Positions 21,501-33,846 of a stretch of DNA of 64,000 nt are shown here, in pieces. The stretch's first letter is position 1; every line of letters starts with the position of its first letter. The stretch is taken from the NCBI GenBank assembly GCA_964202905.1, contig CAXNJO010000013.1, positions 32,001-96,000 of the forward strand, given 5' to 3'. Made by a program: the position numbers and the translations under genes. The DNA comes from Polyangiales bacterium. Its GTDB lineage: Bacteria; Myxococcota_A; Polyangia; Polyangiales; JADJQN01. The notes beneath the pieces are model-generated. The model worked only from the letters and a program-made list of their open reading frames with translations, ran no database searches and was not told the origin of the DNA.

Positions 21501-22475
21501 CTAGCGGCGCCGCGGCTCGAGCGGGTAGATGCGCCGCCCGTCTTGTTCATGACCCGGCAGGACACGCAGGAAATCCAAGCGGATCGCCTTCCGCACGCCA
21601 CTCGGCAGGCGGATCACGAGCGCGCCCTCCGCGTCCTCGCCCTCCACGCGACACAACCCGAACTGCTTGTGCGCGACCCAGTCGCCCGGCTCGGGGATCG
21701 GCTCGTCGGCGTCGGACTCGGCGGCCCGCTTCTTCTCGGGGATCGGCTGCGTGGAGAAGGCGGTCTCGACGACGCGCTCCGGCGGAAGCTGCGGCACGCG
21801 CGCCCGCGGCGCCTCCCGCCCTCGCTCCTCGCCCCAGCCGCTGCGGGGCGCGGAGCCCCGCGCCGGGGTCGGTCGCGCCTGCCCCGGCCGCGACGCCGCG
21901 CGCTCCGCTTCCGCACGATCGGACTCGAGGCGCTCGGCCTCGATCGCAGCGGCCGCCCACCCGAGCTGCGCCGGGGACGACGCGACCGCCGCGGTCGAGC
22001 GACCGCGCCAGAGCGGCAATCCCGTCGCGTCCTCGGGCATGCGCTCGAGCACCACATCGTCGAAGACCTCGACGACGAACTCGACCGCGAGCGCGACCGC
22101 CGCGCGCAACTCTCCGCCCACGAGCGCCCCGACGACGGGCGCCGCGAGAGTGCCGAGCGCCCCGCCTTCGGTCGCCTCGCCCTGCGACGGCACGAGCAGC
22201 GCGTGCGCATGCGCGAAGGGCAGCGCCCCGAGCCGCGAGAGATTGCCGGTGATCTGCACGGCCGTGCACGGGCCGACGCGCCGCGGAAGCGAGTGCCGCT
22301 TCGTCGCGGCGTCGTAGACGACGAGCTCGGCAGACTCGAGCGGCCCCGTCGCCTGAAACCACGCGCTCGTGAAGCGCTGGTGCAGCGCCAGCTCGGCGAG
22401 CGCGTCGAGCACGCTCTCCCCGCGCTCGAGTCGACCCACGATCCGACGCGTCCGGTGGGCCTCGAAGACGATCAT
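21501..22475 (-). CDS. PPC/DUF296 domain protein with C-terminal Tudor-like domain
   Basis: N-terminal RLERGESVLDAL...QITGNLS...AHAHALL (PPC-like), a low-complexity linker, and C-terminal PGDWVAHKQFGLCRV. Confidence 0.7.
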   Translation of the reverse strand: MIVFEAHRTRRIVGRLERGESVLDALAELALHQRFTSAWFQATGPLESAELVVYDAATKRHSLPRRVGPCTAVQITGNLSRLGALPFAHAHALLVPSQGEATEGGALGTLAAPVVGALVGGELRAAVALAVEFVVEVFDDVVLERMPEDATGLPLWRGRSTAAVASSPAQLGWAAAAIEAERLESDRAEAERAASRPGQARPTPARGSAPRSGWGEERGREAPRARVPQLPPERVVETAFSTQPIPEKKRAAESDADEPIPEPGDWVAHKQFGLCRVEGEDAEGALVIRLPSGVRKAIRLDFLRVLPGHEQDGRRIYPLEPRRR

Positions 22476-22570
22476 CGCGCGGCTGTTAGCATGCGCCCCC
22501 GCAGACCGCGAGCGCGCCTGGCCGGCCCCCTCGCCTTCGCGCGCGCCCCGCGGTAGAAGCCCGCGACATC

Positions 22571-23869
<1,299 letters not shown>

Positions 23870-24003
23870 GCCTGCGCCAATCTACGCGCACGCGCGTCCC
23901 AAGTCGGCTCCACGGACACGCGCCGCGGGGCGGCCGCTTGGGCGCATGTTCCGTCGTTGCCTGGGCGCGTACCGGTCACCGGCCGTGAGTCACCCGCCGC
24001 GGG

Positions 24004-24807
24004 TCACTCGTCGCGGGTCACTCGACGCGTCGCGGGCGGGGTCGAGTTCCGCTCCTCGCGGCGCCGCCGCTGCTCGTCGAGCCGCTTCTCCTTGGCCTCG
24101 ACCGCCTCCACGAAGAGCTTCACGTACTCGCCCGCGCTGGTGATGGCGAAGAACACGCTGCCGTAGAGCAGCACGAGCCCGACCTCGTGCAGGTTTGCGT
24201 GCGCCGTCATGAAGACGAAGTCGAGATCGTACGTGTGGTGCAGAACGAGGAAGAGCACCGCGACCATCTGCAGCGCGGCCTTCTCCTTGCCGCCCTGGCT
24301 CGCGGCGATGACGACCCCCTCGGCCACCGCGATCGTGCGCAGCGACGTGATGCTCAGCTCGCGGGCCACGATGAGGATCGTCGCCCACGCGGGCACGCGC
24401 CCCATATCCGTCATGACGACGAGCAGCGCCATGATCAGCAGCTTGTCGGCGAGCGGGTCGAGCAGCTGGCCGAAGACGCTGATGACCCCGCGCCGCCGCG
24501 CGAGCCAACCATCGAGCGCGTCGGTCGCGGCCGCCGCCGCGTAGACCCAGGCCGCCCAGTAGTTCATCACGGGTCGGCCGTCGTAGACGAGCCAGAGCAC
24601 CACCGGGATCGCCACGACGCGCAGCATCGTGAAGAAGTTCGGCAGGTTGAACGCGTCGTCGCGGATGGAACGCCGCGGCGCGAGCGGCGGCCTCGGCTTG
24701 CGCGCGCGGCGCCCCTTCTTCCCGCGCTCGAGCGGAAGTTCGGTGGACGAGGACGCGGCCTGCGGACCGGACGGCGACGACGCCGCGGATGGACTGGGGT
24801 CGCGCAT
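24004..24807 (-). CDS. pgsA: CDP-diacylglycerol--glycerol-3-phosphate 3-phosphatidyltransferase
   Basis: NLPNFFTMLR and the CDP-alcohol phosphotransferase motif DALDGWLARRRGVISVFGQLLDPLADKLL. The start is uncertain (ATG 24807 chosen). Confidence 0.9.
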   Translation of the reverse strand: MRDPSPSAASSPSGPQAASSSTELPLERGKKGRRARKPRPPLAPRRSIRDDAFNLPNFFTMLRVVAIPVVLWLVYDGRPVMNYWAAWVYAAAAATDALDGWLARRRGVISVFGQLLDPLADKLLIMALLVVMTDMGRVPAWATILIVARELSITSLRTIAVAEGVVIAASQGGKEKAALQMVAVLFLVLHHTYDLDFVFMTAHANLHEVGLVLLYGSVFFAITSAGEYVKLFVEAVEAKEKRLDEQRRRREERNSTPPATRRVTRDE

Positions 24808-24951
24808 CGGGTGGGCGCCGAGCGTAGGCAGCGCGTCGGGGGTCGTCAATTCGCACGCGCAGCGCACGTCCCGACGGCCCCGCACGCGGGTCACGCGAGG
24901 TCGATGCGCGCACTCGCGAGGAGCGCCGGGGCGTGTCAGCGTTGCGCGCCC

Positions 24952-25218
24952 ATGTCCCCGTCGCGCGCGGCGCTCGCCGCCACCGTCCTCGTCGCGTCGC
25001 TCCTCGCGCACGCCGCCCTCCCGGCGCCGGGCGCGGGTGCACAGGCGATCGCGCCCACGCCGGGCGCCACGCGCACCTCGCTCGTGCGGCCGCCCCACGG
25101 CTCGTGGCGACGCGGCCTCTGGTCGGTCCCAGCCCCCGCTGCCGTCGTGCTCGGCGGCCTCGTGGTCGCCGCCGCCGCGGCCGCACTCATCCACCGCGCC
25201 CGGAGCCCACGCCGATGA
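24952..25218 (+). CDS. Small protein with signal peptide and C-terminal TM helix
   Basis: 88-aa ORF (MSPSRAALAATVLVASLLAHA...[26 protein letters not shown]). Its stop overlaps the next ATG (ATGA at 25215). Confidence 0.6.
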   Translation: MSPSRAALAATVLVASLLAHAALPAPGAGAQAIAPTPGATRTSLVRPPHGSWRRGLWSVPAPAAVVLGGLVVAAAAAALIHRARSPRR

Positions 25219-26246
25219 CCCCCCCGCCCACGCCCGACATCGCTGCCCCGACGTCGGAGCCCCCGGCGCCCCACGCCGGGCCGACCACGCCCGCGGCGCC
25301 GGGAAACCTCACGCGTCGCCTCGTGATCGCGACGCTCCTCGGCGGCTTCGTCTTCGTCGCGCTCGCGCTCTACACGGACCTCGGCAAGCTCACCGCGAAC
25401 CTCTCGGCCTTCGACGGCGGCGCCCTCTGGCTCGCCGTCCTCCTCGCGAGCGCGAACTACGCGCTCCGCTTCGCGCGCTGGCAGTACTACCTGCATCGCC
25501 TCGAGGTCGCGGTCCCCGTCGGCGAGAGCGCGCTCATTTTCCTCGCCGGCTTCGTGATGAGCGTCACGCCCGGGAAGGTGGGCGAGATGTTCAAGTCGCT
25601 CCTCCTCTTCGAGTCGCGCGGGACCTCGATCGCGCGCACGGCGCCGATCGTGGTCGCCGAGCGCCTCACCGATCTCGTCGCGCTGGTGGTCCTCTGTGCG
25701 CTCGGCTCGTTGTCGTTCGCGTCCGGCCCACGCATCGCGCTCGTGTTCGGTCTGCTCGTCGCCGCGATCCTCACGACGTGCGCGTACCGCCCGCTCGGCG
25801 AGCTCGGCCTCCGCATCGCGGCCCGTCTCCCGCTCATCGGCAAGTTCGCGCCGCGTCTCCGCGACGCCTACGAGAGCCTCCACACCCTGACGCGCCCCGC
25901 GCCCCTCGCGGTGGGCACCACGCTCGCAGTGGCCGCCTGGGCGCTCGAGGCGCTCGGTCTGTGGGTGATCGTGCGCGGCTTCCCGGGCTGCGCCATCTCG
26001 CTCGCGGCGAGCGCGTTCACCTACGCGACCTCGACGATCGCAGGCGCCCTCGCGATGATGCCCGGCGGCCTCGGCGTCACCGAAGCCGGCATGACGGGCA
26101 TGCTGCAGGCGCTCGGCGGCAGCGCGGTGACCCCCTCGATCGCGACCGCCGCCACGATCCTCGTCCGCATCGCGACGCTCTGGTGGGCGGTCGCCGTCGG
26201 CGCCGCGGCGCTCGCCCTCTTCCGCCGCCGTGCGCGACGCGACTGA
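25215..26246 (+). CDS. Lysylphosphatidylglycerol synthase TM region / UPF0104 flippase-like membrane protein
   Basis: LRFARWQYYL, SVTPGKVGE, VVAERLTD, MPGGLGVTEAG and ATILVRIATLW motifs. Confidence 0.88.
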   Translation: MTPPPTPDIAAPTSEPPAPHAGPTTPAAPGNLTRRLVIATLLGGFVFVALALYTDLGKLTANLSAFDGGALWLAVLLASANYALRFARWQYYLHRLEVAVPVGESALIFLAGFVMSVTPGKVGEMFKSLLLFESRGTSIARTAPIVVAERLTDLVALVVLCALGSLSFASGPRIALVFGLLVAAILTTCAYRPLGELGLRIAARLPLIGKFAPRLRDAYESLHTLTRPAPLAVGTTLAVAAWALEALGLWVIVRGFPGCAISLAASAFTYATSTIAGALAMMPGGLGVTEAGMTGMLQALGGSAVTPSIATAATILVRIATLWWAVAVGAAALALFRRRARRD

Positions 26247-26520
26247 GCGCCGGCCGTGACCACGCCTCGGCGGGGCCGCCCGGCGACGTCCCGGCGCGGA
26301 GCCCGCGCGGAGGCGTGCGCGACGGTGACAGTGATGCCCCGACACGCGCATCTCCCCTGAAACACGGGACTTCCGGGCCAGCGCGCGCCCCTCGTATCCC
26401 TTGCGTCGCCGGGGGGCGCCAGCTAGCTTCCGCCGCCGCTCACGCTCCGACGAGCCGCACTCCCCGCGCGGGCCGCAGCGCCGCGCGGCCGCCCGCCCCA
26501 CGACGCGGGCGCCCTCGCCC

Positions 26521-27522
26521 ATGACGCACGCACCACCCCAGCACCCGCGCGTCGATGCGCCGCGCCAGGCTCTCGCGGTGCTTGCGCGGGCGCCCGGCGC
26601 GACGCTCCGCAACATGGCGGCGCACGACTGGCTGGCTGCAGGCTTTCACTTCGTCATGTGGGCGCGCGTCGCGTTCGCGCCGGACTCCCACGACGCCTCG
26701 GTCGCGCGGCGCGCGGCACTCGGGCTCTTCGCGTGCACCGCGCTCGTGCTCGTCCTGACGCGTGGCGAGGTCGTCCCCGCGGGCGCAGCGCGCGCGTTCC
26801 TCTATCGCCTCGGCCTCTTCGTGCCGACGTTCCTCTCCTACTTCGAGCTCCGCTATCTGCTGCCCGCCCTGCGCCCGCAGCTCCTCGACCTCCAGCTGCA
26901 CGCGCTCGACGCCGCGATCTTCGGCATCTCACCCGCGGTCTTCCTCGACCGCTTCGTGACGCCGGGCAGCACCGAGTGGTTCGCGTTTTTCTACTATTCC
27001 TATTTCTACATCCTCGCCGCGTACCTCACCGGCTCGATGTTCTTCGACCGCGACCGCCAGCGACTCGGCGAGATCATGGCCGGCGGCACGATCGTCGTCT
27101 GCACCACGCACTTCCTCTACACGCTGGTCCCGGGCATGGGTCCGCACGCCACGCTCGCCTTCGACCATGACCTGACCGGCGGTTTCTGGTGGGGCCTCGT
27201 GGCGAACACCGTCTCCGAGGGCGGCGCGCAACTCGACATCTTCCCCTCCCTCCACACCGCCTTCCCGTCGTTCTTTTTCCTCCACGCCCTCCGTCACCGT
27301 GCGGCGCCCGCCTTCGCGATCGCGTGGCCGGTCACCGGCTTCTTCGTCGCGAACATCATCATCGCGACGCTCTTCCTGCGCTGGCACTGGGGCGTCGACA
27401 TCGTCGCGGGACTCGCGCTCGCGACACTCGCCCACCGCCTCGGCGTGGCGATCGCCGCGCGAGAGTTCAGCCGAGAGCGCCACGGGCTCCAGGCCATCTG
27501 GGAGCCGCTACGAGGCAAGTGA
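26521..27522 (+). CDS. PAP2 superfamily phosphotransferase, Aur1/inositol-phosphorylceramide-synthase-like
   Basis: Multiple TM helices; LYTLVPGMGP, DIFPSLHTA and ATLFLRWHWGVDIVAG (His...His-x3-Asp catalytic triad). Confidence 0.85.
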   Translation: MTHAPPQHPRVDAPRQALAVLARAPGATLRNMAAHDWLAAGFHFVMWARVAFAPDSHDASVARRAALGLFACTALVLVLTRGEVVPAGAARAFLYRLGLFVPTFLSYFELRYLLPALRPQLLDLQLHALDAAIFGISPAVFLDRFVTPGSTEWFAFFYYSYFYILAAYLTGSMFFDRDRQRLGEIMAGGTIVVCTTHFLYTLVPGMGPHATLAFDHDLTGGFWWGLVANTVSEGGAQLDIFPSLHTAFPSFFFLHALRHRAAPAFAIAWPVTGFFVANIIIATLFLRWHWGVDIVAGLALATLAHRLGVAIAAREFSRERHGLQAIWEPLRGK

Positions 27523-27601
27523 CCGCAACATCCCGTGGCGCGTCGTCCTCCGGGCGCCCCACGCCGCAGACGGATCAGCAAGAGCCGCCCGCGACCCTGG
27601 G

Positions 27602-28429
27602 TCAGGGCGTGTGCACCGGATCAGGACCGCCGTACATCGGCTGCGGCAACGGCAGCGGCCCCGGGATGCGCTCCGCCGGAACAAGCCCCGAAAGGTCCCC
27701 GATCACGGCGCCCGTCGCGTCGGTGAACACCGCGTCGCGCCCATAGACCGTGTACACGCCGACCGTCCCCCCGAGCTCGGCACGCGGCAGGTCCGCTTCC
27801 CGGCGCAACATGACGTCCGCGCGGATCAGGTCGGGTGTGTCGAGATCGATCACGACGTCGTGCACCGACTCTCCCGGCGCGAGCGCGGACGCGCGGATCC
27901 AAGGCGTGAGAAGACCGCGCGCGCGCGTGATGATCGCCACGGGCCGCCCACCCGCCAGCGTCTGATACTCCACGCTGCCATCGGGACGCCGGTGGATGAG
28001 CGTCGGAATCGCCCCACGCAGTTCGTACAGCGCGATGTCCGGCTTTCCATCGCGCTGCGGCGTCACCGCAAGCGTGTTGCGGCGCCACACCCGGAGCGGC
28101 TTTCCCGAGGCGTCGTAGACGATCTCGAGATCCGTCAACTCGAGCGCGGTCTCGATCCGCGCCGTCGCCACCACGAGACAATCCCGCCGCCGAATCTCGT
28201 AACGCTCCAGGTAGCCCTGCCCCCGTGCGACGCCGGGACGCAAGGTCCCCGACGCGAGGACCTCACCCTCGGGCAGCGGGCCCCGACCGCAATCGGGATA
28301 GGGGATCCGCGCCACGTGTTCCACCGTCGTGCGCTTGGGGCCCTTGCAACCCGTCACGAGCGCCGCGCTCAGAAGCACGAACGCGCATCGCGCGAGCCAA
28401 CCAGCGTGGCCGCGGATGCGCGTGTTCAT
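27602..28429 (-). CDS. Hypothetical lipoprotein at the distal end of the act/cox operon
   Basis: RBS AGGAG before ATG 28429; lipobox LVTGC; starts 27 bp after the ctaF stop. Confidence 0.75.
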   Translation of the reverse strand: MNTRIRGHAGWLARCAFVLLSAALVTGCKGPKRTTVEHVARIPYPDCGRGPLPEGEVLASGTLRPGVARGQGYLERYEIRRRDCLVVATARIETALELTDLEIVYDASGKPLRVWRRNTLAVTPQRDGKPDIALYELRGAIPTLIHRRPDGSVEYQTLAGGRPVAIITRARGLLTPWIRASALAPGESVHDVVIDLDTPDLIRADVMLRREADLPRAELGGTVGVYTVYGRDAVFTDATGAVIGDLSGLVPAERIPGPLPLPQPMYGGPDPVHTP

Positions 28430-28455
28430 GGCTACTCCTGTTTGCCGGGGGTGGG

Positions 28456-28902
28456 TCAGTGACCGCCGTGCGCGGCGCCCGCGCCGGGCTGGACGGCGCG
28501 CTCGACGACCGGCGGGCCGCCAGGCGCCCGCTCGCCCGTCGCATCGTTCACGTAGGCCCCCTGCATGCGCTCGACCTCACTCCGCCGACCAGTGTCGTTG
28601 AGCGTGTAGGCCAGGAAGACGCCTGCGAACAGCAGCGATCCGACGAAAATCAGCGCATTGAAGCGGTTGTCGTCCTTCAGGTGCATGAAGAACGTCACGA
28701 CGAGCGCGGCCTTCACGGTCGCGATGAGGATCGCGATGGCGAGGTTGAGCGGTCCGAGGTGGATGAGAGACAGCCCCACGGTCACGACCGTGAAGAAGAT
28801 GAGGGCAAGGAAGATCCCGACGTAGAGCCGGATCGACGAGATGTGCGCGTGGACTGCGCCGTCGTCGTGGGAGTCGTGGTCGTGCGAGGGATGGGCAGAC
28901 AT
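28456..28902 (-). CDS. ctaF: Cytochrome c oxidase subunit IV
   Basis: Three TM helices with IATVKAALVVTFFMHLK; operon position. Confidence 0.9.
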   Translation of the reverse strand: MSAHPSHDHDSHDDGAVHAHISSIRLYVGIFLALIFFTVVTVGLSLIHLGPLNLAIAILIATVKAALVVTFFMHLKDDNRFNALIFVGSLLFAGVFLAYTLNDTGRRSEVERMQGAYVNDATGERAPGGPPVVERAVQPGAGAAHGGH

Positions 28903-28912
28903 GCTCGGCCTC

Positions 28913-29656
28913 TCAATCGATCAAGTAGAGGAGCGGGAACAGGTAGATCCAGATGAGATCGACGAGGTGCCAGTAGAGCGCCACGAGATCGACCGGCGTC
29001 CAGTACTCGGAGGTGAACTCTCCGCGCTGGTTGCGGAGCCAAATCCAGAAGATGACGCCGATGCCGATGATGACGTGCAGACCGTGCACACCGGTCATCA
29101 TGAAATAGATGCCGAAGAACGAGCCACCGTGCGCCGGAATCGGCAGGCCCTGCGTGCTCGCAGAGAGGTGGTGAATGTCCGGGTTGAAGAGATTCCCGGG
29201 GAGCAGACCTGCGTGGAACTTGTGCTGGTACTCGAAGAATTTGATGACGAGGAAGCCGAACGCGCACACGATCGTCACGAGCAGCAGGACGCTCGTCTGC
29301 TTCCTCGTCCCCAGCTGCGCCGACCGCACCGCGAGCGCGGCGGTCAGCGAGCTGAAGAGCAGGACGATGGTGTTCGCGCCGCCCATGAACCGGTCCAGTT
29401 GGTGCGAGGCCCAACTGAAATCGTCGGGGTACCAGGACCGGTAGATCCCGTAGGCCACGAACAACCCGGCGAAGAACAGCAGCTCCTGCGCGAGGAAGAG
29501 CCACATCCCCAGCTTGGCCGTGTCGAATTGCTGGACCGGCGTGTCGAAGTGATGCGCGAGGAACTTCGGGCCGTGGCTCCCGTGATCGTCGTGCGCGGCA
29601 TGGGAATGCCCCGAATCATGGGATGCGGCGGCAGCGTCGGTGTGGGCTGTGGACAT
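28913..29656 (-). CDS. ctaE: Cytochrome c oxidase subunit III
   Basis: GMWLFLAQE, TGVHGLHV and LYWHLVDLIWIYLFPLLY motifs. Confidence 0.95.
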   Translation of the reverse strand: MSTAHTDAAAASHDSGHSHAAHDDHGSHGPKFLAHHFDTPVQQFDTAKLGMWLFLAQELLFFAGLFVAYGIYRSWYPDDFSWASHQLDRFMGGANTIVLLFSSLTAALAVRSAQLGTRKQTSVLLLVTIVCAFGFLVIKFFEYQHKFHAGLLPGNLFNPDIHHLSASTQGLPIPAHGGSFFGIYFMMTGVHGLHVIIGIGVIFWIWLRNQRGEFTSEYWTPVDLVALYWHLVDLIWIYLFPLLYLID

Positions 29657-29689
29657 GACTCTCTCGTCTCGGGTTCACGCAGGCGCGGA

Positions 29690-31393
<1,704 letters not shown>

Positions 31394-31420
31394 GTCAGAT
31401 GACTCCCCGGGAAAACGGGC

Positions 31421-32371
31421 TCAGTGGAGCGTCTCTAGATAAGCGTAGATGGCCTCGATGCGCGCGTCGGGGAGAACGAAGGCCGACATCTGCACGTTGG
31501 CGTAGCCGCGGACGATCTTGGCCTGCGGGCGGAGAATCGACTCCCGCACGTAGGCGAGGTCAGCGAGGACGGATCCACCGCCCTCGAGCGGCTGCTGCGT
31601 ACCGATGATGCCGCGCAGGTTGGGCCCAACGCCGGGGGCTCCGCCGACCTGGAGCTGGTGACAGGCCGTGCAACCGTTGGACGCGAAGAGCGCCTCACCC
31701 CACTGCGCCTTCGACTTGCCCGGGGGCGGACGGTCCTGATCGCGCAGGAACGTGCGGTACTCGTCTTCGGTGACGACCCGAACCTTCGCGAGCATTCCCG
31801 AGTGGCTCGTGCCGCAATACTCGGTGCAAAACACCTGATACTCGCCGACGTCCGTCGCCTCGAACCAGAGCGTCGAGTACATGCCGGGAACGACGTCGCG
31901 CTTGACGCGGAACTCCGGGACGTAGAACGAGTGGAGCACGTCCTCTGACGACATGATGAGCTTGACCGGCTGGTTCACAGGGACGACGAGCAGGCCACCC
32001 TCGCGCGTTCCGCTCGGGTACTCGAACTCCCAGTTCCACTTCTTGGCGCGGACCCGGACTTCGAGGGAATTCGCGGGCGCGACCGCAGCGAACACGTAGC
32101 TCTTGAAGCCCCAGTGGAAGAGCGCCGCAAGGAGGAGGAGCGGCGAGAACGTCCAGAACAGCTCGAGAGCGAGGTGCTTGCCACCGGGAGCCCGCGGCTT
32201 CTCGCCCGGCTTTGCCCGGTATTTGAAGACGAAGAGCAGCATCGTACCGACGATCAGCGCGAACATCACCACGCTGATCCAGAAGATGAACTGGAAGAGC
32301 CAGTCCACCTGCGGGGCGAGCGTCGAGGCGGCCTTGGGCAGCTGTCCGAAGATATCCGGGATGTGATCCAT
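31421..32371 (-). CDS. ctaC: Cytochrome c oxidase subunit II with C-terminal cytochrome c (caa3 type)
   Basis: CuA ligands DVLHS...CTEYCGTSHSGM and C-terminal CTACH. Start at ATG 32371. Confidence 0.95.
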   Translation of the reverse strand: MDHIPDIFGQLPKAASTLAPQVDWLFQFIFWISVVMFALIVGTMLLFVFKYRAKPGEKPRAPGGKHLALELFWTFSPLLLLAALFHWGFKSYVFAAVAPANSLEVRVRAKKWNWEFEYPSGTREGGLLVVPVNQPVKLIMSSEDVLHSFYVPEFRVKRDVVPGMYSTLWFEATDVGEYQVFCTEYCGTSHSGMLAKVRVVTEDEYRTFLRDQDRPPPGKSKAQWGEALFASNGCTACHQLQVGGAPGVGPNLRGIIGTQQPLEGGGSVLADLAYVRESILRPQAKIVRGYANVQMSAFVLPDARIEAIYAYLETLH

Positions 32372-32403
32372 GACTTCGATTCCCCGTGTGTCTGGGAGTG
32401 GAC

Positions 32404-33279
32404 TCAGGCTTCCGCAGCGAGCCGTGACGAATCGCGCCGGCGGCGCTCGAACCGCCACCAAAGCGCCGCGATGAACACGACCAGTGAACCGAGCGTGAGC
32501 GCGCCGCCGAGCTTCATGACGCGCGACGCGAGCAACACGTACTCGGACCCCTGCGGGTCGTAGTGATAGCAGTAGAGGATGAGTTGCTCGATGGTGTTGA
32601 TCGAGCGGCCCTCCGACGCTTCGAAGAGACCGATACGCACGTCGTTGGGGGCGAACTCGAGGCCATACAAGTAGCGCGCGATGAGACCGCGCGGCGTGAG
32701 CAAGATGATGGCCGCGGGGTGTCCAAACTGCCCCTGCGCCTCGTCGAAGAAGTACCGAAAACCCACCGCGCCAGCGACCTTGCGGATGTTGGCCTCGTCT
32801 CCGACGAGAAAGTGCCAGCCATCTCGCGCGGCCGGACGATCGTATTTCGCCAGAATACGGGCGCGCGTACGCGCTGCATCCGCCGGGCGGTCACGCGGAT
32901 CGATGCTGAGGGTCACGACGTCGTACTCGTCGCCAGCGCCCCACGGGATCTGCGCGATCGACTTCACGACCGCGTCCTGCACCATGCTGCACAGCTGCGG
33001 GCAGGAGTGATAGGCGAGGTTGAGGAGCACCGGCTTGCGGCCGCTCACGAGGTCCGAGAGTTTGACCCGCTTCCCCGTGTGATCGCGGAAGGTCGCGTCG
33101 AGCGGCACCTGCGCGCGGAGGTGCTCGTCGACGCCGATTTGCTGGAGTTCTGGTGGCGTGCCCGACGGGATGATCGGACCGTTGTCGCGGACTCGTCCGT
33201 AGTACTGCGCATGCACGCCGGTCACCGCGAAGTGCGGGGCGAAGACGGCGGCAGCGAGAAAAAGGACGAGGGGACGCAT
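32404..33279 (-). CDS. SCO1/SenC family copper chaperone
   Basis: YHSCPQLC (CxxxC), SIDPRD, FGHPAA, CYHYDP and a C-terminal TM helix. Confidence 0.9.
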   Translation of the reverse strand: MRPLVLFLAAAVFAPHFAVTGVHAQYYGRVRDNGPIIPSGTPPELQQIGVDEHLRAQVPLDATFRDHTGKRVKLSDLVSGRKPVLLNLAYHSCPQLCSMVQDAVVKSIAQIPWGAGDEYDVVTLSIDPRDRPADAARTRARILAKYDRPAARDGWHFLVGDEANIRKVAGAVGFRYFFDEAQGQFGHPAAIILLTPRGLIARYLYGLEFAPNDVRIGLFEASEGRSINTIEQLILYCYHYDPQGSEYVLLASRVMKLGGALTLGSLVVFIAALWWRFERRRRDSSRLAAEA

Positions 33280-33296
33280 GGTGGGCGGGGATCCGC

Positions 33297-33833
33297 TCAG
33301 GGGTGTGCGGCCGGGGCCACCGCGGGCGCCGGTGGGGCTGCAGGTACCGCGACCGGTGCGGCGGTGGGGTCGACCGGGACGGCGCCGGGGGCGCCGGTCG
33401 GGTCAGCCGGCGCTGGAACAGCTGCCGCAGCCGCGGCGGCTGCCACCGACGGGTCGACCGCGCCGCGGTTGGCCGTGTGGACGAAAGCCGGGAGCGCGCT
33501 CCAGCCCTTGATGGCGTCGACCGCCGTGGACGGCTGCGGCGCCACGAGCGCGGGCGCCGCTTGACGGCCACGCGCCAGCTGCGCGAACACGCGGTCCATC
33601 GGGACGCCGCGCTCCTCGAGCAGGACGCGCTCGCGGGCGTGGATGGCTTCGAGTTCGACGGCGGGCTGAGTGAGGACCTTCACGCTCGTCTCGCTGGTGA
33701 ACATCGACTCGTAATACGAGTCGAACAGCGGCTTCAGGAGGACAAGCGTCACCACGACGAGGGCGGTGTAGAAGGCGATGAGCCGGTTGCGGGGCTGCGT
33801 GTTGTCGGCGCGCAGATGGAGGGGCGTGGACAT
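33297..33833 (-). CDS. Single-TM hypothetical protein (positional ActG-like accessory subunit)
   Basis: RBS-like AGGAAG before ATG 33833; one TM helix, a soluble part and a Pro/Ala-rich tail; lies between actF and SCO. Confidence 0.65.
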   Translation of the reverse strand: MSTPLHLRADNTQPRNRLIAFYTALVVVTLVLLKPLFDSYYESMFTSETSVKVLTQPAVELEAIHARERVLLEERGVPMDRVFAQLARGRQAAPALVAPQPSTAVDAIKGWSALPAFVHTANRGAVDPSVAAAAAAAAVPAPADPTGAPGAVPVDPTAAPVAVPAAPPAPAVAPAAHP

Positions 33834-33846
33834 GCGCAGACTTCCT

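Noticed and set aside
23987..24025. Imperfect hairpin and 14-bp duplication at the asnS/pgsA convergence as an intrinsic terminator
   Set aside because: The stem is mismatched and has no U-tract on either strand, so support is insufficient.
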